Below, piece by piece: positions 48,843-62,239 of a DNA stretch of 64,000 nt. The notes below the pieces were generated by a model. That model did no database searches. It had not been told where the DNA came from and saw only the letters and a list, made by a program, of their open reading frames with translations. Within the stretch, counting starts at the first letter, position 1. Each line of letters begins with the position of its first letter. The stretch covers positions 368,838,001 to 368,902,000 of the forward strand of contig OZ024743.1 in assembly GCA_964016885.1 (NCBI GenBank). Direction: 5' to 3'. The translations under genes were made by a program, and so were the position numbers. Origin of the DNA: Eledone cirrhosa. Taxonomy: Eukaryota.

Positions 48843-51800
48843 GTATGAGTAACAAACTTCTATTGTTATTTTAAATACTATTAAAAAATAGATTTAACAG
48901 AGAAGACATGTGTTAAACAAGTATGATTTAATCAGGCTTTTTGTTTGTTTGTTTTAAAGTTTTATGGAAATTAAGTTACTTACTAGTGATAATGTCACCT
49001 GTTTTGAAACTGACTCAGAGTCATTTTGTTTTATTTATGAATATAAAATTTTAATATAGTTCAACCTCCATTTTATTTCAAATTCCTATATTTCATAACA
49101 TCTGCTTGTAGCAAAATCTTAGCAAAGAAACAGAAGCAACTTATTTTTCCTTGTTTATTTATAAATGCACATATTTTCTGTTGGAGTGTGTGTATGTGGG
49201 GGTGTGTCTCTGTGTGTGTCTGTGTATATGTGCATGTCTCTCTGTGTGAAAGTGTGTGTGTCTATGTGTGTATGTGTGTATATATGTCTATCTATGTGTA
49301 TGTGTGTGTGTGTGCGTGTCTCATGGTGTGCATGTGTGTCTGTGTGTCTGTATACATGTTTGCCTGTGTGTGTCTGTGTGTATGCATTTGTGTGTGTGTG
49401 TTAGAATGAAGCAAAGTAATATATGGAACTGAATGGAGTCATTGTTGATTATATATGCTGTGGTTGGATGACTCTGGGTTAAATATTCCAGCTTCAGTCA
49501 ACTAATGTGATATGAAGATGTTATTTATTGCTATCTGTCTGGTTATCTAACTAGTTATTGTTAAGATAATTGAGTATAATAACTCTCTGAAAAATAACCT
49601 ACTGGTTAAACAGTTACTATGTATTGGAATGTAAGCTAAATCATCACATCAAATGTTCTAAATAGACAGCAAGGAATTAAAAATCCATCAGGATTTGAAA
49701 GAGGAACAAAACTGGAAAAGACTGAAATCATAGAAATTTATGATGAACCTAGATTATCGGAGCTGTGTAAATGTAATGAATAGTTAGTGGGATGATAACT
49801 AAAGGTCAGTAAAATGAAAGCAGTGACAAGAGAATTATGATTTAAACAAATTAAGAAACTTCTGGACAATGGAGGAACCATTTCTTCAAATCTTTCACTA
49901 AATATGTGAAAACAATTAAAACATACTGGCTATTTAAAAAGATTAGTGATATTTTTTATGCTCTCCCAAAGATGTTATAAAAATATAGTCAGGGGCATTA
50001 TAGAATAGTATTCTACATCAGCATTTAAAAAAAATTGTTGCCTTTTCATCTGATTTTCCATGTTCTCAAGGGTTGAAAAGATCAACAAATTCTGACGTTT
50101 GTAAAAATGTTTAAAGCAAAATTTTTCCAAGTAGTTTTCTAAATACAACCACCTTCTGATGGTCAACATATCATTCTTCTTCCATCAGCACTTATCATCA
50201 ATTAATTCTCATAATGGTTAACACTCTTCCAGCATCTGAGAGATGCAGGGTTTGCTTCCTTGCAGGTGGTTCTGCCCAATTTTATCCATCTCCAAGGGAA
50301 CTTTACTCAATTTTCTCAACTGTTGTTTATAATGATTGACTATTTCCAGCATAGTTACGTCCCTTTACAGTCTGAGTTCAAATCCCGCCGAGGTTAACTT
50401 TGCCTTTCATCCTTACGGGGTCGATAAAATAAAGTACCAGTAATGCACTGGGATAATTGCTGGCCTTGTGCCTAAAGTAGAAACAATTATTATGGTCATT
50501 TACATTGGGACACACACACATTTCAAGTTATAAAGTGAAGTATTTCAAGGACAAACAAGTGAAAAATATGAAGAATAAATCAATAACTGCTTGTCTTGGA
50601 TTCCTCTCATGTATAACCTGTAATCCTAGATAGACACAGACTTCACTTGTATGACAGGGCTTGACAATCCGAAGCAAGACAATGTACCATGATCATCATC
50701 ATTATCATCATCATCGTTGTCATCATCATAATCATCATCATCATCGTCGTCATCCTCATCATCACCACTTAACATCTATTTTCCATGCTTGTATAGGTTA
50801 GATGGGCTGTCACATTATAAGGTTAGAAAGGTAAAGTCGTCACATCTTGCCCATACATTTCATCTTTGACTTGGCTGGATGCCCTTCTTGGCTGGATGCC
50901 CTTCTTAACACTCATCACTTTACAGCATATACTGGGAGCTTTATTGTAGCACCAAAACGACCATATAATAAGGTGGACTGAGTAGTTTTTGTTGTGACAC
51001 CAGCACAACCACTTTACAGGGTGGACTGGGCACATTTTTTTTGTCATGTCATCATCATGATCACCTTACAGGGTGGACTGGGTCTTCTTTGTCATGCTAC
51101 CAGCATGACCACGTTATAGGATGCACTGATTGATTTTTGTCATGTAACAAGCATGACTGGAAATACAGAAACCAATTCATTTTAAAACTCCAATGCTTAA
51201 AAGACATCAATTGATACGATTTATAAATTGGCATCAATTTGTACTCACTTTTGGAATTCTCTTTTTTACGTCTAAAGCTTCACTTTGTTTAAACTCACAC
51301 ACGAACATACACATACATGTGCACTCATACACAATTACACACACCATACTACACTTACACGTTGAGTCATTCACACATATGAACAGGTATTTTAATTGTT
51401 GATATAATAAGGTACATGATAAAGGTCTTAAGTTCATTGTACTGTGTGTGTGTGAAAGTAATACTTAAGAATATATTATTGAATATTGGGGCTTGAACGA
51501 AGTTGATGAAAGTAAAGATAAAAAGGATTAACATACTGGTGGTTGAAAGCTGTAAACTCAATACATTGGCATGTTTAGTATATAGAAACATAATAGATAA
51601 GATATTAGGAAGGAAACATATAAGGTGTAGGCTCCTCAATTTAAATGAGACTGACAGAGAATCAACATATGATACAGAACAATAAGGTAACATCTAAGTG
51701 GCCACTCAAACTAATGAGGGAGCTTTTATGAGGTTGCTTGACTTACTATAAATAGCAGCCAAATCTCCATCAAACCACACCCCCACAATCATAAAGTATA

Positions 51801-51954
51801 TTTAAATTACGTAGTCCTACATAATTCTAAAATGATGGGTTAGGTTTCTGCTGGAATGCTTTTGTCAAAGGTTTAAATGGGGCTAAACAACAACAACAAT
51901 CACATGTACTCAAATAGTTCTGATATTTTGAGGGAATTATTTGAGTCAGTGTTT

Positions 51955-54544
51955 ATCATCATCATCACCGTTTTACGTCCGTTCTTCCACGCTAGCATGG
52001 GTTAGACGGGTTGTCCTGTTGTGGGCAGTGTCTGGTCGGCTGACCATGCCTTGCTCATACAGGAACTGATCTGGCTTGATTTCTACAGCTGGATGCCCTT
52101 CTAACACCAACCTCATTTACAGTGAGTGCTGGGTGCTTTTTCGTGGCGCCTACACGTCCACTTTACAGTGTGGGCTGGGTGCTTTTTTGCCGTGGCACCT
52201 CCACGACCGCCTTGCGGTGGGGGGAGTGGGGGCATATTGTTTATATGCTTCAGCATGTACCCATGGGAGGTCGGGTACCCTGTATTACTGCGTGACGCCA
52301 GAAGTCACGGTCGTGTGTCATTGACTTTGAGAGGTGTAGTTGGGTAAGGTCAGCTTTTATCACCTCATCCCAAGTCATCTTGGGTCTCCCCACTCCGCGG
52401 TTTCCATCAACTTCTAGTGCTCTGCACCTTTTTATGCAGCTGTCATCCTTCATACGCATCACATGTCCATACCAGCGTAACCGCCTCTCCTGCACGCAGC
52501 ATTTGATTCCTCTTATGCTCAGTCTCTCTCTCAATTCCTTTATGCTTTGTCGTTCACGTATATTACTGTTACACATCCATCGGAGCATGCAGGCTTCGTT
52601 TCTCTCTAATCTACGTAAGTCTTCCACCTTCAGCGCCCAGGTCTCACTACCATGCAACATCGCTGTTCGGATACACGCATCATACAGTCTGCCTTTCATT
52701 CTGAGGGAGAAGCCTTTTGCAGCTAGCAGTGGTAGTAGTTCCCTAAACTTCTTCCATCCCGTTCTTACCCTAGTTATTGTACTTTCTGAGCACCCACCTC
52801 CGTTGCTAATTCGGTCACCTAGGTAGCAGAAGCTGTCTACTGTTTCTACAGGGCCCTCCCAGAGATTGGTGGTACTTGTTTCCTGTGGCTGTTTGCTTGC
52901 TGTTTCAGCATAGCTGCTGCATGTGAATCCTACATTCTTAATTAAGCTTCCTGAGATCCCGCTACATCTCTTGTGTACCCATTGTTTGCATTTGGGGCAG
53001 AGAATGGAGTTCCTACCTACACCTTTCCTACATACTGAGCAAGGCCATTTCCCTGAGGGGATCTGGGTTCTGTTTTCTCGTCTACTTATAAGGACCTTAG
53101 TCTTTGTCATGTTGACTTTGAGGCCCTTTCTCTCTAGTCCCTGCTTCCAGGTTTGGAATTTATTCTCTAGTTCTACCATAGATTCAGCTATGAGTGCGAG
53201 GTCATCAGCATACAGGAGTTCCCATGGGCATCCGGTCTTAAACTCCTCCGTTATTGCCTGCAGGACTATGATGAACAGGAGAGGGCTAAGAACAGAGCCC
53301 TGGTGGACCCCAACCTGTACGCTAAATTCCTCGCTATACTCATTGCCAATCCTAACTTTGCTGACTGCTCCCCTATACATGGCTTGTACCGCTTTCACAA
53401 GCCATTCATCTACTCCTAGTTTTCTAAGAGCCCACCAGATTACTGCACGTGGAACTCTGTCAAAGGCTTTCTCAAGGTCGACAAATGCCAAGTAGAGTGG
53501 CTTACTTTTAACTAGGTACTTTTCCTGTAATTGCCTCACAAGAAAGAGGGTATCAGTGGTGCCTTTCCCTGGTACAAACCCAAATTGCATCTCGTCTATA
53601 TTCACCCGGTTCCTAATCAGCTGTGCTATAACTCTTTCTGTTACTTTCATGACCTGGTCCATCAACTTTATACCTCTATAGTTTCCTCTATCTAGTGCAT
53701 CGCCTTTACCTTTGTAGCAGTTGACAATGATGCTACTGCACCAATCTTTTGGTATGGCCCCCTCTAGTATTACCTGGTTAACGATACGTGTGGTTATAGT
53801 GTGACCTACAGACCCAGATGCCTTCAGCATCTCGGCAGCTATACCCGATGGACCGGTTGCCTTCCCTATCTTCATATCTCTGATTGCCTTACTTACTACG
53901 CTGCCGCTGACTTGTACTGCTGGTCCCTCTATAGGGTCTACGTGGGGTAGGGTCTCTTCTTCCCATGCATTCTCCTCATTTAGTAATCTATCATAATGAC
54001 TCTTCCATGCATCTTTCTTCTCAGCACTTGTGAGGGCAAGCTCACCTTTATCATTCCGGATACACTTCTCTCCAATGACATCACAACTATCTCTGACACA
54101 CTGCCTCGCAATCTTGAATACCTCCTGTTTCTGGTCCTCACATTGTAAAACATGCTTGAATTTTCTATCCTCTGCTTCCCTCCTAGCTAAGTATACTTGT
54201 CGCCTAGCTTCCCTCTTGGTCTCTATGTAATGTACCCTGCTCCCCCCGTTCTTCCATTCTTTCCATGCCTGTCTCTTGGCCTTGACTGCTTCATCTACCT
54301 TATTGTTCCACCACCAAGTCACTCTCCTCCTGCTTGAGGTCTTACTCCAGCCACAAACCTCATCCGTCGCCTCTAGTAAGTTATTTTTTTAGGAACTCCC
54401 AGTTCTCTTCTACGTTAAATGTCTCTATCTGTTCTTCTTTACTGTCGTAGGCGTTGAGTAAAATATCTTTAAATCTGTTACTGGTTGAGGGGACTTTCAG
54501 CTTCCAGATCTTTCTTCTCCAGGTTGGCCTTTCTTCTCCAGGTT
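51955..54544 (-). mobile_element. Young RTE LINE, 5'-truncated, nearly identical to 13047-15493
   Basis: Contains the 690-codon ORF; same 3' UTR and (GAT)n tail; 16-bp duplication CTTTCTTCTCCAGGTT at the 5' junction (54510-54525 and 54529-54544). Confidence 0.95.
52250..54322 (-). CDS. RTE ORF2 fragment (690 aa): complete RT domain, PHD finger and C-terminus; endonuclease absent
   Basis: KATGPSGI, NYRGIKL, QFGF, FVDLEKAFDRVP, GVHQGSVLSPLLF, YADD. The last PHD Cys is Tyr in this copy (CSSY). Confidence 0.9.
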   Translation of the reverse strand: MTWWWNNKVDEAVKAKRQAWKEWKNGGSRVHYIETKREARRQVYLARREAEDRKFKHVLQCEDQKQEVFKIARQCVRDSCDVIGEKCIRNDKGELALTSAEKKDAWKSHYDRLLNEENAWEEETLPHVDPIEGPAVQVSGSVVSKAIRDMKIGKATGPSGIAAEMLKASGSVGHTITTRIVNQVILEGAIPKDWCSSIIVNCYKGKGDALDRGNYRGIKLMDQVMKVTERVIAQLIRNRVNIDEMQFGFVPGKGTTDTLFLVRQLQEKYLVKSKPLYLAFVDLEKAFDRVPRAVIWWALRKLGVDEWLVKAVQAMYRGAVSKVRIGNEYSEEFSVQVGVHQGSVLSPLLFIIVLQAITEEFKTGCPWELLYADDLALIAESMVELENKFQTWKQGLERKGLKVNMTKTKVLISRRENRTQIPSGKWPCSVCRKGVGRNSILCPKCKQWVHKRCSGISGSLIKNVGFTCSSYAETASKQPQETSTTNLWEGPVETVDSFCYLGDRISNGGGCSESTITRVRTGWKKFRELLPLLAAKGFSLRMKGRLYDACIRTAMLHGSETWALKVEDLRRLERNEACMLRWMCNSNIRERQSIKELRERLSIRGIKCCVQERRLRWYGHVMRMKDDSCIKRCRALEVDGNRGVGRPKMTWDEVIKADLTQLHLSKSMTHDRDFWRHAVIQGTRPPMGTC

Positions 54545-54714
54545 CTTTATATGGCACATATTTGCAATGAAAGTTTGTGGCATGTAGATCCAGAGTTAGG
54601 GTTTGTAATATATTAGTAACACACAGATTTATATATTTATATATTTATATAGTATGTTTGTGACACACTTATATAGTATGTTTGCAATGCTCAGATCTAT
54701 AGTACATTTCTTCT

Positions 54715-55765
54715 TCTTTTCTTCACCCACTTATTCCTGAGAGGGTCATGGGAGCAGAGTCCTGAAACACTCCTTCCAGTGGGTCCTGTCAGAAGCAACC
54801 GCCTCCAACTGATCCAGCTGGATCCCCAAATATGACCAACCAAATTCATGGAGATTATCCAACCATCTTGCTTATGGTCTACCCCTGGGTCTCCTACCTG
54901 TTGGTTTCAACCATAAAATCTGTCCAGCAATTCTTTCCTGAGACATTCTAACCACATGCCCATAGTATCAAGTAACATTACTCCAAAGATCATTCTGAGG
55001 AACCCCATTCTGGCTGTTTGTATTCGCAACCGTATTCTTTCAGTCATTACCCAAGATTCATGACTATAGATAAGGGTTGGCAAGAAAACCGAATTGAAGT
55101 CAAGAGTTTGGCTTTTACACCTACCTCCCTTCTTCTGATTACTGAATGCTGAAGCTGGCACATTACTGCACCAGCTTTTGCAATTCTTACACTTAATTCA
55201 GCCTTCTGTCTTCCATCACTCGTGAACTCAGCCCCAAGATACTTGAATTTCTCTACCTACTTCAGTGGAACTCCATTCACATGTAGCATGCACTGCGCAG
55301 GCTTCCTTGAGAGGACTAGTGTTTCATTTTCACTCCAGACATGCTGCACTCATAATGAAACCTATCAAGTGCAAGTCTGAGATCACCTTCAGTCAAGTTA
55401 TGTAACACCATGTTCTCTGCAAATTTCAGCCTATTGATTTTACACCTACCAGTCATGATACCACTTCCAACCCAGCTTCACATGTCAATCCTGTTCACGT
55501 AAATAATGAACAGGAGTGGTGACAGTATGCACCCTTGGTGGAGTCTGACTCCCACATTGAATGGTTTCGATTTAGCACCATTTATCCAAACTTAAATACT
55601 TGGGCATTCATATAGAGTCATCAGGGCAGCAAGAAGCTGACCATCAATCCCAAACAAATATCTAGTATGTTTGTCACACACAGATAGTACCCCAATCCAG
55701 GAAAGCCTGGCACACTCCCAAATGGCCGACACAACCCAAACACATGCCCCCATCCTTAAGGCCAC
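54715..55765 (-). mobile_element. Rex3/Expander-like RTE, longest copy, decayed
   Basis: FNSVFLPTLIYSHESWVMTERIRLRIQTARMGFLR; upstream GVRLHQGCILSPLLFIIY; short (GAA)n tail. Confidence 0.8.
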
Positions 55766-56599
55766 CAAGGGAAACTGGACACCACCACGACCATGTATAC
55801 TAAGCACCCTAGTGCTGTTATTAAATAGTACTTCTACAAAAGCACCCAATCCCATCTGTCTGTGGTAGTGCTGGTGCCATGACAAAATGCATCCAGTTCA
55901 GCCTGTAAAGTGGTATTATCGGAGTCATGATAAAATGCTCCCAGTACATCCTGTAAAGTGGTTGGCATTAGAAAAGGCATCCAGCTGTAGAAATCAAGCC
56001 AAAACAAAGCATATGAGCAGGACCTAGTTACCTGACTAATCTGACCTCAGCCTGTGTCAGCCATCTAACCCATGCAAGCATGAGAAATAGATGTTAAACA
56101 GTGATGAATATGATGAGGATGTGTGATATACAGATCTACAAACAGTGTTAGTTTTATAAGCCTTAACAAGTGTTGTTGGTCAAAGAAATACCTCCAGCAA
56201 GCCTGTGTTGTATTGCACACAGCTGTACAAGCTACAGCTAAACTTTACTAAAACTACATGAGCGATGTTAAATTCTAAGTTTATTTTTCATGAGTTAGTA
56301 ATGCATTGATTCTAGCTTGTTGTTTATTAGTCTTGGTTGGAAACTAATGGTTGAACAGAAGCAGACATCATTCCTTTGTGTTTAACATTGCTGTTATTGT
56401 TGTTGCTGCTGTTGATGATGATGACAGCTATAGGAAATATTTGTTTCTTTTAAAGGAAAACTTTTTTCTCAAAGAGTTTTTTTTTGTTTAGTATGTTTTA
56501 TCTGTGACCTCACAGATAAAACATATAGGAAAAAAAAAGACCAAAAAAATACGACCACAAATATGAATAGCTGAAATGAAGTTCCTCCAGGGTGTCTTT

Positions 56600-56793
56600 T
56601 AAAGTAATGTTACTTGATAGATCAGAGAGCCACTCAAGGTAGAGCTGCTACTTCTCTGAATCTAGAGATCACGGTTTCGATATTATGGACATGTGGGAAG
56701 AAGAAGAAGCAGAAGAAGAAGAAGAAGAAGAAGAAGAAAAAGAAGAAGAAGAAGAAGAAGAAGAAGAAGAAGAAGAAGAAGAAGAAGAAGAAG
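56600..56793 (+). repeat. Rex3-like fragment followed by (GAA)n
   Basis: GATCAGAGAGCCACTCAAGGTAGAGC matches 4638-4665; (GAA)n at 56698-56793. Confidence 0.65.
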
Positions 56794-58276
56794 AGTTTGA
56801 TGCCATGGTTTGAAGGTCAATAGTTATATGCTTATAAGCATTAATGGTGGCTACAGAAAAAACAGAGCCTAGAATATCTGGATTGTAGAAATGAGACAAG
56901 AATTGCTGGAAACTCAATCTAAGTAGAATTCTTGTGAAATCTTTGATAAAGAGGTTAACATATTGAACGCTGGAAAAGTTGTCAAAACCAGATCTAGTTA
57001 TGAATAAATACTACAACAGCATAAAACAATTACCGCACTCACAACACCTTTTGATTTTGAATAGTACTACAAGTTTATTAGGTCAGCTTTGAGTCACTAG
57101 CTAGGTTAAAATCCAGTTTGCACCATGAGTTCTTGTAGTAAGATTATTGCTGTTGTTATTTAGGTCAACCTTGATTGAGAATATTTATGATGAAAAGCGT
57201 CCCAACCATGCCCAGCTCTTCTTTTTTTCTGACATAATGGGCTACATTCTTAATTTTAAAGACAGTAGGGGATGATTTGCAGAAGATTTGGTTACTAAAT
57301 TAAGCAGGTCAAGCAATCACATACAAGCTTCAGATGATGTTTTCCAAAAATATCCCTGCTAAGGAAGCTTATCTTCAATTATCATCGATGGTTATCAAAT
57401 GGTATTATAACTATACACAGTGGTATTCCTTTGTTTACACAAAACATTTTTTCTTTTAGAATATTGTTGTCTGAAAGTTGCCAAGAAAAATCCTGTACAT
57501 AGAGGTGGTGAAAACCTCTCAGTTTAACCTATTTCCTAGTTTTATTTTCTTATAAAGATTTATTCAGTTTCTAAATCATATATTCTTAATGGGATCCTGT
57601 CTAGGAAAGCAGTAATTCCATATAAATACTTACATAATGTACAACTCATCTAGGAGAGTTATGGCTCTATTTTAAAACATAAAGGAAACATAGACGCTAC
57701 AAGCTGTATGTAGTAAAAGTAGCCCACCTAGAAGAGCAGTAACTCTGAATAAAAACTTATGGGTTACTTTAGTCTTTGCAGACAAACATCCTAATGATAG
57801 AGCCACAATGAAATGCACCCAGGCTATAAGTTGAAATACTGGAGTCAATACAATTGACTTACCCTCCTTAAACATTGCTGGCCTTTTGCTAATGTTACTG
57901 AGATAAGGGTGGTGGATTGGCAGAAAAATGTTGCTACTCTGAGTTTTGAGGTGTTTTGCTGATTATCAAACTGGGAATAATGTTTTAGATGACACAGTAT
58001 ATACTGAAATATAATGGAATTTCAGGAATATATAAACTGTTCTTTCAGCAATAATTTATTTTGAATATACCCTTGTCTTGATAAATGGATATGTCTGAAA
58101 ATTAACCCTTTGGGCTTCAAAGTTTTTGATCAGCCCTGATTTTTATGTGTGGTGGCTACTGTCATTTGGAATTTTCTTTATCTATTTCCTATAATTCACT
58201 GTTACATTGTCAGTCATATTTTAGTTCTAACAACAGCTATACTTGTATGTTCATATTGAATAAATTCAATTCTCAA

Positions 58277-58727
58277 TTACCTAAAAGTAAGCCGCTCTAC
58301 CTGGCATTCGTCGATCTCGAGAAAGCCTTTGACAGAGTTCCCCATGCTATAATCTGGTGGGCCTCTTAGAAAACTAAGAGTAGATGAATGGCTTGTGAAA
58401 GCTGTACAAGCCATGTATAGGAGAGCAGTCAGCAAAGTTAGGATTAGCAATGACTATAACGAGGAATTTAGCATACAGGTCGGTGTCCACCAGGGCTCTG
58501 TTCTTAGCCCTCTCCTGTTCATCATAGTTCTGCAGGCAATAACGGAGGAGTTTAAGTCAGAATGCCCATGGGAACTCCTGTATGCAGATGACCTCGCACT
58601 TATAGCTGAATCTATGGTAGAACTAGAGAAGAAATTCCAAACTTGGAAGCAAGGACTAGAAAGAAAGGGTCTCAAAGTCAACCTGACAAAGACTAAGGTC
58701 CTTGTAAGTAGACAAGAAAACAGAACA
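58277..58727 (+). mobile_element. Internal RTE RT fragment, broken at both ends
   Basis: KSKPLYLAFVDLEKAFDRVP..GVHQGSVLSPLLF..LYADDL; abuts the 29-bp-repeat element at 58728. Confidence 0.88.
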
Positions 58728-59244
58728 TACACTGGTTTCACTTTGGAGGTCAATGTTACACCAGTTTCAATTTTGGGGTTGAATATTACACCAGTTTCAT
58801 TTTCGTCATGAAATTTTTTTTTTTTTTTTTTTGACATGTTTTGAATGAATATGGCCTTCAAAACAATCGGAAATTGGTAAATAAAAATCATTACATAATG
58901 TAGTTGTGAAACAAAAATTATTCTCTAAATGACATTTAAAATATATATATGATAAAACTTCATACCTATGCTAGTGTGGAAAAGGGGTGTTAAATGATGA
59001 TGATGATGATAATGTCCACTCATGAGAATTTCAAAACTACACCATCAAACCATAATGAGTTTATTAACTGTCTCAGCTTATAATGGGTTTTGGATTTTTG
59101 CCTGATTCTCAGACATAGAGGGTTGGCTTATATCTGAGTAATATATATGGTATATATTTGTCAATATTTCCTCCTTACCGTATATTACATTCTACCTAAT
59201 GTTTACACCATGGCTTAAAGTATTATAGTTTGTTATATTATATA

Positions 59245-59957
59245 TCTGTATATATATAAAGACGAAGTTTTCTGTATGTGTGTGTGTGGACAATTTTTAA
59301 TGAGGGCTCGTATATTCTAAACCATTCATGCGATTTCTTTGAAATTTTTTACAGAGCTTCTCCTTGCACAAAACCTGTACATGATTTACAAAGGCTTTCA
59401 AAAATCGATATTGGGGCCTTTGGAGACATTAAAAAAGTTTCGGTTATTTCTGTGAATTTTCGTGATTAAGTAAGACAAGAGTTATCTTTAAGTAAGACAA
59501 GAGTTATCTTTCGTAATTCGGCTCATTTGTATTTTAATTTACTCTTTGTACTTGAAACAAAAGGTACGCTTCCTTGAGACTAACAATATCATTTTGTATA
59601 TTTCACAACCAGCAATTTCTAACAGATTACTAAGTTAAGTTATAGATTTGACATTGTATAATTTATCATTTCAAGCTTGATGTTCATACATTAAGTGATG
59701 TCATAACTTTTACAATATTATGCTTTGTACATAATAGCGTCTATTATTCACTTCACTTCTCTATTTCATGATGCGCTTTTACTGTTGTCAAAAAGACACC
59801 GAGCTCACATATTAATTATTTCGCTGGAATAGTCCCTAAGGTTTTCATTTTTAGATAAAATACGTTTTTCTTTTATGTATTCAAATTTACTTTGTTTAGT
59901 TTAATGAGCTACTTCGAAAGCTACTTGAACCGTCCAAAGGATGGGTAGTTTAGCTAG
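59245..59957 (+). mobile_element. Non-autonomous Helitron with both ends
   Basis: 5' A|TC(TGTATATATATAAA); 3' hairpin CCGTCC aaa GGATGG (59930-59944), then CTAG|T; no TSD; internal tandem duplication at about 59467-59511. Confidence 0.75.
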
Positions 59958-62239
59958 TATTATAATAAATATACTGATAATTTGTCTACTTTTAAAGCAT
60001 CACCATCATCATTATTAACATCACTACTCTCACCATCATCACTCCCATCACCACCACCATCGTCATCATCTTCATCAGCATCATTATCATTGGTTTGAAA
60101 TATTTCTTACAGCTCCTTAATTTCTAAGTTCAAATCCTGCTGAGGTCAACTTTGCTTTTCATCCTTGTGAAAGTACCAGTCCCATACTGGGGTCATTATA
60201 ATTGACATTCTCCTCCTCTAAATTGCTGGTTTTGTGCCGAAATTAGAAATCAAATGGTGGTTTAGCAGTTTCAGTAGAGCATCAGACAACATGCTTTGCA
60301 GCATATAGTTACAGCCCTTTATGTTCTGAGTTCAAATCCTGCTGATGATGATTCTTTTTTAAACCAAAATAGTTGTCAGTGACAACCCATCCAACTCATG
60401 CCAGCATGGAAAATTGGAGGCTAAATGATGATGATGATGATAATGATTTCAAACCAAATGACTTCAAACACATATTGAATAAGTTTCTAAAAATAATTTT
60501 TTATTGGTCGATCTATATGTGGAATATATGAGTTTTAGACTTAACAAAAATTATGTAAAATATTTTGTATTCATAATCCTTCGTTATGCCAGATAGTGAA
60601 ACATTGGATGTGTTCTAGTTTCTACATCGGTTTACCGCTTTCGTTACTATATTTCTAATGAAAGATTGCATACAATTTTCAAATCATTTTGAAAATAAGC
60701 AAGAATTTGGAAGGATTTAGTAAAATGGCTAACTTTCGCATTATTAAGCTAGTATTTAGAAGATAACTTAATACAAAATTATGATAGGAAGATTTTTTGA
60801 TGAAATAAACAAGGAAAAGCAACAAGGAAACCCACTATATCAACCATTCCCCCTGATAGGGGTTCTTTCATAGGCAGTATGTACTACTCCTGATTTTGCA
60901 GAGAAGAAAGAACAGAAATCCTGAGACCAAGGTCATCAGAGTTCTCAACAGTGACCAAAGGGAAAAGGAAACAGTTTTTGTCAAGCCATGGTATTTGGAT
61001 ATCTTAATCTTCTCTATGTTTTGCTAATGGCAGTGCCTGGGTTTGTGGCCAAAGTGACAAGGCTGGAAAGATTATTACTGAGACTGGTTTAGTATGAGGC
61101 CTGTGAGTTGGACACAGTATGGGAGCAGGGATGAGTGAACCAGGAGTGCCAAAGTGGATCAGGATTTCAGCAAGATTTGGCTTCTATTTCTAATTCTGAT
61201 CAAGTGATTAGAAATAAGTGGTGAAGGAGCCTATGTGGTAAATCACCACAGGGAGCTAAAAGGACGTGTGCATTTAATCTATTTAGTACCAATCTGCCTA
61301 AAAACTGCTACTGTTTCTATAAGACAAAAACAACAATTTTAAAAGGTTCCTATCTAAATTAAAATCTTCCAAAATAATTTGATATAAGAATATATATGTT
61401 ATGTTACAATTGCTGTCTTCATAACTGTTTGTACATTTGGCACAAGGCCAGCCTTTGAAAAGAAGGGGAAAGCTGGCTAAATCGACCACAGTACTTTATT
61501 TTTGAACTCCAGAAGGATGAAAGGCAAAGCTAACCTCAGTGGGATTTGAACTCAGATTGTAAAGGGCCATAACTACATGCTTCAAAAGCATATTGTTTGA
61601 CAATCTACTGATACTACCAATCCACCACCTTAAGTACACTCTTAATAATGAAATAGTTAGTTTTGGTAAATCCTTCCAAATTCATCATTAATTAATTGAA
61701 TAATAGTGTATTTAATTAGAGATACGGTAATGAAAGAGTTAAGTGACAGAAATTTGAACAGAAGCTGATAGTATGGATGTCAATGTGAATGTATATTATA
61801 TATGGTAATGATTTATGCACTAGTTAATATATAAAATCAAATCATTATTTAGTGTCAGGTTTCATAATACACATAAATAGACAAACACATGCATTATATC
61901 AATAGATATACAAGTTTTAACTTGTAGATTTATTGATTTATCATGTTAGGGTCTAGACTTTAAACCACATAGCAGATATAAAGTTTAACATACAAATATA
62001 CACACTCACACACATTTGAGAAGACTTGCGAAAACTTGAGAAGACTTGAGCTGTCATTCAGTTGAGTAACTAAAGTTTTCTCTTGTTTCATATGAAAACA
62101 ATGCATGTTAAACAACATTTCTAGTATTAGCTATTATCTACTTCTATATACACCATTTCACTCTTTCTAAGATTATCTATTGCATTCTTATGAAGGTATA
62201 TTTTTCTAATGGCTCCATAGCAATTAACAAAATCAGAGA

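Noticed and set aside
60840-61300. GC-richer unique-looking segment, possibly an exon or PLE 5' remnant
   Set aside because: No sustained ORF or recognisable motif on either strand.
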